Shown in pieces: positions 7,488 to 13,532 of a stretch of 13,532 nt of DNA. The position numbers and the translations under genes are program-made. The DNA comes from an archaeon (GTDB taxonomy: Archaea > Asgardarchaeota > Thorarchaeia > Thorarchaeales > Thorarchaeaceae). Under the pieces are notes generated by a model. The model had not been told where the DNA came from and did no database searches. It worked only from the letters and a program-made list of their open reading frames with translations. How positions within the stretch are numbered: the stretch's first letter is position 1; each line of letters starts with the position of its first letter. The stretch is taken from the NCBI GenBank assembly GCA_024275415.1, contig JAJRZD010000098.1, forward strand, positions 1 through 13,532, read 5' to 3'.

Positions 7488-7576
7488 CAGGGTTTAGGCC
7501 CCTGTTCAGTAGTGATTTGGGCGCTGGTATCCAGCACTCGCACGGATCGCGAGTTCGAATCTCGCCCTCCGCACCA
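7488..7576 (+). repeat. 89-bp direct repeat, copy 2 (attR): 5'-truncated tRNA-Leu fragment retaining anticodon arm, intron, T arm and CCA
   Basis: Identical to 4998-5086. It lacks the 5' acceptor strand and D arm (preceded by ...atcgcatagaaa). Confidence 0.97.
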
Positions 7577-7680
7577 CCTTTTGTCCTGTCGTGTTCAAAG
7601 TGAGCAGGTTCTCACGCCTCGTGTGATGGGATTTTCTGTCCTCATCGATTGTGGGCCGGACAATGACAAGAAATGCGGGA

Positions 7681-7821
7681 CTAGTCCTTGGTTTCCCAGT
7701 TATGGGTACACCGAGGGCATCGCCAGCTCTTCTTGTACTTCCCGGGCTCGATGAGTTCCTTTCGCACAACGGCTGTTTCAGTATAGCCACAACGGGGACA
7801 AATCTCAGATGACATTGACAT
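7681..7821 (-). CDS. Small zinc-ribbon protein (46 aa), not in the ORF track
   Basis: Manual translation: MSMSSEICPRCGYTETAVVRKELIEPGKYKKSWRCPRCTHNWETKD*, with two CPRC knuckles. Co-oriented with the upstream membrane-protein gene. Confidence 0.65.
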   Translation of the reverse strand: MSMSSEICPRCGYTETAVVRKELIEPGKYKKSWRCPRCTHNWETKD

Positions 7822-7872
7822 AGAACACCGTCCTTTGGGTCACAGGAAGCCAATTTCTAGTTTACTCTGACA

Positions 7873-8703
7873 TCATATCGGCAATGGTTTGACGCGCCTC
7901 CTGCGTGAGAGGGGCAGCTCTATCATGCCGCGTAGGTGGAGCGCGCCCAACACTGCCACCAAGCTAGCTGTGCTCAGGAGGGACAAACCGATGATTAGGT
8001 CAATGAGGATGATGGGCTGAGCGGTGCCTTGTGTGTTGATATGGATGTACCCCTCCTCGCTGTAATAGTCCAGAGTGGAGCTAGAGAGGGTAGCGTTACG
8101 TGGATAGACCTCATTGGAATATTTCTCTAGCTCGATGGTAAGGATCTTATCGGAATAGTCGATCACAGAGCCGTCAATCAGGCTGATTCGAAGTCCATCA
8201 AGGACTATGTAGCCCCCGAACATGGGTAGGAACTGCGAGCGCGCATCGTCATCGATCAGCATGTATCCACCGAACAGCCGCCCATCAACCACCGTGCCTG
8301 AAGCAGAGAATATCGGTGAGGAGTCTAGGAGGTCATGGTAATACCCGGCGCTGTCGCGCCATTTCGGATAGAAAGCGATCTCCTTGAAGGTCATGTTCTG
8401 CACAAGGGGACGCCCGAGCATCGTCTTTCCAAAGTAGATTCCCATCGAGACCGTGAAGTAGTGCTCGTTCAGGGTAGGCTGGTGATGCTGATAGAGGAAG
8501 TTGATCCTGAAGGAGCTACGAAGGAGTACTACCTCTGTCCCGTCCTCAAGCTCGAATGCCGCACGATAGGTGAAATAGCCGACCTCGATGAACGCACGGG
8601 GGGCTCCGCCCCCAGGCTCCTGGGCGGCCACAGGCTGTGCGTACATTGCAGGGGTGATAGCGATCATGAGGAGGATGCCGATTAGCAGTGTGGGCGTTCT
8701 CAT
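7873..8703 (-). CDS. Hypothetical exported protein with signal peptide and C-terminal membrane anchor
   Basis: MRTPTLLIGILLMIAITPAMYAQPVAA is signal-like. The C-terminus has a hydrophobic stretch (IILIDLIIGLSLLSTASLVAVLGALHL) followed by a basic tail RRRRVK. ATG 8703 is preferred over 8742. Confidence 0.75.
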   Translation of the reverse strand: MRTPTLLIGILLMIAITPAMYAQPVAAQEPGGGAPRAFIEVGYFTYRAAFELEDGTEVVLLRSSFRINFLYQHHQPTLNEHYFTVSMGIYFGKTMLGRPLVQNMTFKEIAFYPKWRDSAGYYHDLLDSSPIFSASGTVVDGRLFGGYMLIDDDARSQFLPMFGGYIVLDGLRISLIDGSVIDYSDKILTIELEKYSNEVYPRNATLSSSTLDYYSEEGYIHINTQGTAQPIILIDLIIGLSLLSTASLVAVLGALHLRGMIELPLSRRRRVKPLPI

Positions 8704-8888
8704 CGTCCTTTCGACCTTACCTAGTATGGTACTAGTTCCCACTTATCCCTAAAATACAGTTGCGTTACCAGCAATTTCAAGTACGTGTAGTCAACGCTGT
8801 AAGATTGCTAACGAAAGGTTCATATCGCCACTGTCATTTGCGTTCATACTGGTCTTTGGAAGACCAACGCAGGGGACGTGGCCTAGTC

Positions 8889-8918
8889 TGCGTCTAGGAA
8901 TCTCCTAGGAGCCTAGAA
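8889..8918 (+). other. tRNA-Trp intron 1 (30 nt, D loop, about 17/17a)
   Basis: BHB: helix CTAG/CTAG, bulges TC|T and AA|C, inner stem GC-G-TCTAGG/CCTAGG-A-GC. Confidence 0.85.
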
Positions 8919-8939
8919 CGGTATGGCGACGGGCTCCAG

Positions 8940-9018
8940 ATCTAGGTCCACTTCGGGCCTGAACTGAGCGGGTCAATAAAGGACGTCGCCTAGGCGAAAC
9001 TCGTAGAACGCGGGGATG
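8940..9018 (+). other. tRNA-Trp intron 2 (79 nt, 37/38)
   Basis: Lies between G37 (8939) and A38-CCCGT (9019). The BHB is relaxed (CTCC/GGGA, 3 of 4 pairs). Confidence 0.75.
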
Positions 9019-9048
9019 ACCCCGTTCGAGGAACGATCGGGAGTTCAA

Positions 9049-9079
9049 AAGGCGATATGATTTCACATATCGCTTGGAA
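9049..9079 (+). other. tRNA-Trp intron 3 (31 nt, T loop, 59/60)
   Basis: BHB: helix TTCA/TGGA, bulges AA|A and AT|T, inner stem GGCGATATG/CATATCGCT, outer pair G53-C61. Confidence 0.87.
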
Positions 9080-9366
9080 TTCTCCCCGTCCCCACCATTT
9101 TGATTCTACTACATGCAGTTTCTCGGTTTCGAAGAGCTGTGACTTCAAATCCTTTCAAGTGATAGAGCAGAGTGAGGGAAGAAATACGCACCACCGAGAT
9201 ACGCACGCCAACTGTTTCTTTGAAGGAGCACGCATCAGGTTCATGGAACAGGTGGCAAGTGGCCTTGGCCACGAGGTCACTTTGCGGTGCCTCGGAACAC
9301 ACGACAAAGGTCACTGGGACTATGAGTTTTGCGATACGCCCTCATAATTCCCCCTTCCCACCAAAG

Positions 9367-9394
9367 CCCTCCACGGATTCGCAGTCGTGGAGGG
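9367..9394. other. Strong GC-rich hairpin in the region upstream of DUF1512
   Basis: CCCTCCACG/CGTGGAGGG, 9 perfect pairs plus one G-T. Confidence 0.45.
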
Positions 9395-9471
9395 AGTCCC
9401 AGTGACCACCTGTTGAGAATGTACGAATAGAAACCATTAAAGCAATTGTCGCTCGGGGAATCGTGATTTAT

Positions 9472-10590
9472 ATGCAGCTTGCAGGTGATAGCGAATTCGG
9501 CTGGATCATTAACATTGCGTTCTTCGCATTCATCGTCATTTTCTCCTTGTACGGCGCGAAGTTCCAGATATGGCAATGGCTGAAACAGATCGAGGCGGGT
9601 CTTATCGAGCTGAAGCGGATGGCGATAGAGTCCCGTCAGACTACGATTGACACGTTCAAGAAGTACGGGAAGGAAGAAGACGAGGTCGCAAAGGAATTGG
9701 ATCGTTGGCTTGATTATTTCACCATCATGCCTGTAGACCTAGACCCGGCAGGAATCTTGAAACGGCTCGACCACCTGCTGGATGAGAGACGGGATCGATT
9801 CCAGGAATTCGTTGCGGATCTTGCACCCAAGGCATCGGCATCTGAACAGCAGTCATTGGAGAACACACTTGAGGTCACTCAAGTCCTGAGCCTGATATTC
9901 AGGATCGTTCGTCATTTTTACATCCTAGGCAAGAAGACTAACAGCCAGCTCATCATCATGCAGGTACAGATGATACTTCCCGAGATCATGAGGCTTGCAA
10001 AGGCATACTATGATGCCCTCGACGCGTTCTCAGAGGGAAAACCGATTGGCGACAGCATAGGACCCCTTATCGTGACCAAGTTCGCCCGAGAGTATGGCGC
10101 CACATCCCAGAGCTATGTCCATGAGGTGTCCCGCGAGGTGGGATACTACCCGGTGGAAGTCGAAGGACGGACAGTCTATGCCATGCGTGCTACAGGCCCC
10201 GGGGGGACTGTAGGAAAGCCAGGCTTCGGAGTACAGAAGCTGGTAGAGGAGAACGGGGGGAACATCGCACGTATAATCACCATCGATGCAGCCCTCAAGC
10301 TCGAAGGCGAAGATCTGGGCAGGGTTTCTGAAGGGACTGGTGCTGCCATTGGAGACCCAGGACCAGAGAAACATGCCATTGAAGAAGCTGCGACTCAACA
10401 CAATATTGCTATTGAAGCCATCGTGATAAAGCAGAATGAGGCAGCTGCGGTGGGTGTGATGGAAAAACGAATCCTCGATTCGGTTCCAGACGTGATAGCT
10501 CGGATCAAGGAGTCAATACGGAAACGAACCAAGCCAGGGGACAAGATCATCTTGGCCGGGATAGGGAATACCATCGGTATAGGTCTCTGA
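9472..10590 (+). CDS. DUF1512 family protein (N-terminal TM helix, C-terminal GPR/HybD-like peptidase-fold region)
   Basis: PVDLDPAGILKRLDHLL, PIGDSIGPL, GPGGTVGKPG, IITIDAALKLEGE, GAAIGDPGPEK and GIGNTIGIG are characteristic of DUF1512. Alternative GTG start at 9463. Confidence 0.88.
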   Translation: MQLAGDSEFGWIINIAFFAFIVIFSLYGAKFQIWQWLKQIEAGLIELKRMAIESRQTTIDTFKKYGKEEDEVAKELDRWLDYFTIMPVDLDPAGILKRLDHLLDERRDRFQEFVADLAPKASASEQQSLENTLEVTQVLSLIFRIVRHFYILGKKTNSQLIIMQVQMILPEIMRLAKAYYDALDAFSEGKPIGDSIGPLIVTKFAREYGATSQSYVHEVSREVGYYPVEVEGRTVYAMRATGPGGTVGKPGFGVQKLVEENGGNIARIITIDAALKLEGEDLGRVSEGTGAAIGDPGPEKHAIEEAATQHNIAIEAIVIKQNEAAAVGVMEKRILDSVPDVIARIKESIRKRTKPGDKIILAGIGNTIGIGL

Positions 10591-10601
10591 GGTGTTTGAG
10601 A

Positions 10602-10970
10602 ATGGGAATGATATCTAAGATTATTGGGCTCATCATTGCTGCAACAGGGACACTGGTCTTCATCCTTGGGATGAACGACCCAGCGCTACAGTTCGTTTGG
10701 TTTTTCATTGGGCTCCTCCTCGTATCGATGGGCTTGAGTCTTATCACGGGGGGACGAAAACAGATTGAGCAGGAACCACCTCCACCCACGCTGACAGAGA
10801 TCCATTGTGACAATCCCGAATGTGATTTCAAAGAAATCAGACAATTCGAAGCAGGAGACTATATCCTCAAACCCATGAAGGCGAAATGTCCAAGGTGTAC
10901 AAGCACAATGACCATCGAGGGCGTCTATGTCGTCAGGGAAGAAAAGGAGAAAGACAAGATCGTAATCTGA
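10602..10970 (+). CDS. Membrane protein with two TM helices and a C-terminal Zn ribbon
   Basis: Two hydrophobic N-terminal segments, then CDNPEC...CPRC and RQFEAGDYI. SD GAGGTG upstream of ATG 10602; likely co-transcribed with DUF1512. Confidence 0.8.
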   Translation: MGMISKIIGLIIAATGTLVFILGMNDPALQFVWFFIGLLLVSMGLSLITGGRKQIEQEPPPPTLTEIHCDNPECDFKEIRQFEAGDYILKPMKAKCPRCTSTMTIEGVYVVREEKEKDKIVI

Positions 10971-11864
10971 TCATGCTGTGAGGATTACTGGGCCTTTCTC
11001 GGATACGAATACAGTATGTTCTGTTTGAGAAACAGGCCGTCCCTTCTTAGATACCTGCACGGGAAAAGCACGAATCGCCTTGTGCTTTAGCAGATTTCTG
11101 AGTTCCTTGACTAGATCCACATCTTTTGATGTCGTACCAATCCAGCGCGCGGCAAACGGGAGAGATCCATACTTCTTGCGAAGATGCAGTCTGAGCTTCT
11201 CGGTAGTACCTTCAAGCGGAGAGTCATTTCCAGTGTTTGCAAATATGTAGATTAGGTCAGAATTAATGACTGTGCCAGCGCCTGATGTGGCAAATGGCTC
11301 AATAGCATAGACTTCGCCGACTTGCACCTTTCCAGTCCCTCGTGTTTTCACATTGGGTACATGCTTTCCGGCATGCAATCTCCAACGTTCGATGTTATGA
11401 CCGGTGAGGTTCCTGATAGGACGGAGACCATATGCCTTTATCACGGATTCTATTGTTTTGCCGATTTCTCCAAGACTGGTGCCGGGCACAAATGCCTCAA
11501 TAGCCTCATGCAATGCATCATAGGTGGCATACACGAATCCCTCAAGTGTACCATCCATGTCGAGTGTTCGCGCTATATCGACGATATAGCCATCAATCTG
11601 CACACCGAGATCTACCTTCACCAGTCCTGACTCGGGAATTAAACTAGTGTCCCCCACAGGGGATGTGTAATGTGCAGCGATATGATCCACGGAAACGTTG
11701 CAGGGGAATGCAGGGCGTCCTCCATATTCGATAATCTTTCGCTCTGCCAGGGTGCAAATAGTGATGATTTTCGTCTTCGGAGTAATCTCGGACTCGACCT
11801 CGCTCATCACCCGAGCAGCGATCTTTCCTGCTTTGACCAATTGAGGGAGTGGGCTTTGTGTCAT
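10971..11864 (-). CDS. map: Methionine aminopeptidase type II, paralog B
   Basis: FPCNVS..AAHYT, KVDLGVQIDGYIVD, TGHNI..LHAG, AIEPFAT, SQTEHTV: all five metal ligands (D, D, H, E, E) present. Start MTQSPL at 11864 is preferred because the listed 11933 overlaps the upstream paralog. Confidence 0.93.
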   Translation of the reverse strand: MTQSPLPQLVKAGKIAARVMSEVESEITPKTKIITICTLAERKIIEYGGRPAFPCNVSVDHIAAHYTSPVGDTSLIPESGLVKVDLGVQIDGYIVDIARTLDMDGTLEGFVYATYDALHEAIEAFVPGTSLGEIGKTIESVIKAYGLRPIRNLTGHNIERWRLHAGKHVPNVKTRGTGKVQVGEVYAIEPFATSGAGTVINSDLIYIFANTGNDSPLEGTTEKLRLHLRKKYGSLPFAARWIGTTSKDVDLVKELRNLLKHKAIRAFPVQVSKKGRPVSQTEHTVFVSEKGPVILTA

Positions 11865-11922
11865 GATGAATCCGGTCAACCGGAGGACATTCAGCTTCTT
11901 AATAGATTCCATATGCGCTGGT

Positions 11923-12834
11923 TCATTCGACATTTCTACGTGTTGATACTATGCATCCCTCATGCCCGACAAAGATGCTATGTTCAAACTGGGACACCAA
12001 ACCGTTCTTGCCTTCGATGAGAACGGGATACCCCCGTACAGCTCCTACCCGCTCAAGATTCTTGATTGCTGTGTCTATATCTGCAGTGCCCTTCAGGTGA
12101 TGGAGCCAGCGTGATGCCCAAGGGAGAGTCCCAAACCGCTGACGGGCGATGTTCCTGACCTGCATGGCGGATCTGTCGAGCTTCTTCTTGTTCTTCAAGT
12201 CGTTAGAATAGATATATGAAACCATACTATGCCTGATAGTGCCATTCCCATTAGTGGCAAATGGCTCCACAGCATACATCTCGCCCACGAGAAACTCAGG
12301 GCTCTTGGCCGCTGAGATATTCGGCACGCTTTTGCCTGCATGAAGAATCCAAGGCTTCAGCTGATGCCCTGATAATTGGTGTACTGGACGCAGTCCGCTT
12401 CTTTTAATCGTCCTCTCTATCACTGCTCCAACCTCCCCAAGCCGAACCCCTGGTCGGATTGTGTCTATGGCTGCATTAAGGGCTTCTTTCGCAGCAAAGA
12501 CATACTTCTCGTATGAACCATCGAGGTCAACGGTGACAGCCGTGTCAGAGAGATAGCCGTTCACATGAGCACCCAAATCAACCTTCACAAGGCCCTTGTC
12601 AGGAAGCACTCTTTTGTCGGCAGGAGGACTCGTATAGTGGGCTGCTTCTTCATTGATCGACACATTACATGGGAACGCTATCCCTGAAGCGCCGTATTCG
12701 AGTATCTTCTTTTCGGCAAGCATACAGACACGGAGAACCTTGATTCCAGGTCTCACATCCTTCACGATATCACTCATCACTCGGGCTGCAATCCTTCCTG
12801 CCAGCAAGAAGTCTGGGTGAGGTTTCGTTGACAT
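11923..12834 (-). CDS. map: Methionine aminopeptidase type II, paralog A
   Basis: FPCNVS..AAHYT, KVDLGAHVNGYLSD, SGHQL..LHAG, AVEPFAT, SQFEHSI: all five metal ligands present. Confidence 0.95.
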   Translation of the reverse strand: MSTKPHPDFLLAGRIAARVMSDIVKDVRPGIKVLRVCMLAEKKILEYGASGIAFPCNVSINEEAAHYTSPPADKRVLPDKGLVKVDLGAHVNGYLSDTAVTVDLDGSYEKYVFAAKEALNAAIDTIRPGVRLGEVGAVIERTIKRSGLRPVHQLSGHQLKPWILHAGKSVPNISAAKSPEFLVGEMYAVEPFATNGNGTIRHSMVSYIYSNDLKNKKKLDRSAMQVRNIARQRFGTLPWASRWLHHLKGTADIDTAIKNLERVGAVRGYPVLIEGKNGLVSQFEHSIFVGHEGCIVSTRRNVE

Positions 12835-12959
12835 GTTTCAAACCTTGGCTTCGGTCGATGTTGTTAATCGTTTTAATATTGGCGGAATGGTTGAAAATGG
12901 ATGTGCTTTCGAAATATACAAGTGCGTAGAATCACTTGTTGGAATGTGAGGAAATCACA

Positions 12960-13532
12960 ATGAAGGTTACATATCTTGGACACGCGTCATTCAAGGTTGA
13001 AGCTGATGGAAAGACCATTTTCGTAGATCCATGGATGACAGGCCCGACATCTCCGACAAGTGTGGATGATATAACGAGTGCTGACCTTTGTCTTGTCACT
13101 CATGACCATGGGGATCATGGATACACTGAAGCTGTTGAGATATGCAAGAAGACCAATGCGACCTTTATTGCCATCAATGAACTCGCTCTCAAAGCGAAGC
13201 AGGACGGAGTTGAGAATGTTCACACCCTTAACATCGGGGGCAGTGTAGAAGTTGGGGGAGTGACAATAACCCTCGTCCAGGCATTCCACTCAAGTAGCAT
13301 AGGAACGCCGACAGGATTCATCGTGCGATTACCCAGTGGGACGTTCTACCACTGCGGAGATACAGGGATTTTCGGTGACATGCAGATATTAGGCGAACTC
13401 TATGGGATAGACCTGTTCTTTGTCCCAATAGGCAGCTATTATGTCATGGGAATCGATGAGGCTGTGAAAGCAGTGGAACTTGTGAAACCAAAGGTGGCCA
13501 TCCCGATGCATTACGATACTTTCCCAGTAATC
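12960..13532 (+). CDS. Metal-dependent hydrolase, metallo-beta-lactamase fold (UPF0173-like), 3' end truncated
   Basis: Manual translation: MKVTYLGHASFKVEADGKTIFVDPW...LVTHDHGDHG...AFHSS...YHCGDTGIFGDM...VPIGSYYVM...IPMHYDTFPVI, with the HxHxDH motif. Confidence 0.93.
   Translation, partial: MKVTYLGHASFKVEADGKTIFVDPWMTGPTSPTSVDDITSADLCLVTHDHGDHGYTEAVEICKKTNATFIAINELALKAKQDGVENVHTLNIGGSVEVGGVTITLVQAFHSSSIGTPTGFIVRLPSGTFYHCGDTGIFGDMQILGELYGIDLFFVPIGSYYVMGIDEAVKAVELVKPKVAIPMHYDTFPVI

Larger units (their letters stand above)
5087..7576. mobile_element. tRNA-Leu-integrated mini-island (2,490-bp period) carrying only tnpB; no integrase or TnpA
   Basis: Bounded by the 89-bp tRNA 3' duplication, which starts exactly at the anticodon stem. 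Interior holds one large ORF (TnpB) plus non-coding flanks. Confidence 0.8.
8872..9096 (+). tRNA. tRNA-Trp(CCA) with three introns (D loop, 37/38, 59/60) and a 13-nt variable region, CCA encoded
   Basis: Acceptor GGGGACG/CGTCCCC; spliced D arm GCCTAGTCCGGTATGGC; anticodon stem ACGGG/CCCGT with CCA at 8936-8938; T arm GGGAG-TTCAAAT-CTCCC after splicing; discriminator A then CCA. Confidence 0.9.

Noticed and set aside
7488-7576. Split (trans-spliced) tRNA half
   Set aside because: An intact full gene exists at 4969-5086, the copy is identical as expected for att duplication, and no complementary leader sequence is visible.
7298-7853. ORFs 7298-7543, 7506-7853, 7512-7754 and 4835-5053 as split SSV-type integrase halves
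   Set aside because: They read through the tRNA repeat (e.g. VVRRARFELA is antisense tRNA) and show no R-H-x-x-R-H/W-Y tyrosine recombinase motifs.
9025-9032. A fourth, 8-nt intron in tRNA-Trp
   Set aside because: Too short to form a BHB; treated as an enlarged variable arm instead.
9097-9462. RNase P RNA or SRP RNA
   Set aside because: I found no GAGGAAAGTCC-type P4 motif and no SRP helix-8 motif on either strand.
400-13289. Many short or antisense ORFs in the track (e.g. 400-612, 489-791, 1195-1764, 1804-2199, 3049-3567, 3929-4372, 5646-5990, 8335-8685, 10030-10401, 11322-11630, 12987-13289)
   Set aside because: They are shadows overlapping well-supported genes in other frames or strands and lack recognisable motifs.
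1-13532. CRISPR array or UGG codon reassignment
   Set aside because: No regularly spaced repeat array is present, and conserved Trp positions in DP1, DUF1512 and MAP use TGG normally.

Overview
Archaeal chromosomal window. PolD small subunit, DUF1512, type II Met aminopeptidases and BHB-intron tRNAs point to archaea; a Thorarchaeota/Asgard-like origin is my inference and is not proven. Gene order: DP1 (partial, -), AbrB-PhoU regulator, phosphohexomutase, intron-containing tRNA-Ser(CGA), GNAT, DsrE-like protein (-), tRNA-Leu(UAG) with a variable-arm intron, then a 2,490-bp island bounded by an exact 89-bp duplication of the tRNA 3' part. The only recognisable gene in the island is a TnpB whose RuvC-II Glu is replaced by Gly, with an alternative Glu in a 'PEAWTS' motif. 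That is the rearranged active site of Fanzor-like TnpBs, and no integrase or TnpA is present. Downstream lie an unlisted 46-aa Zn-ribbon gene, a membrane-anchored protein, a tRNA-Trp(CCA) with three introns and an enlarged variable region, DUF1512, a Zn-ribbon membrane protein, two tandem intact map paralogs and a partial metallo-beta-lactamase-fold hydrolase.
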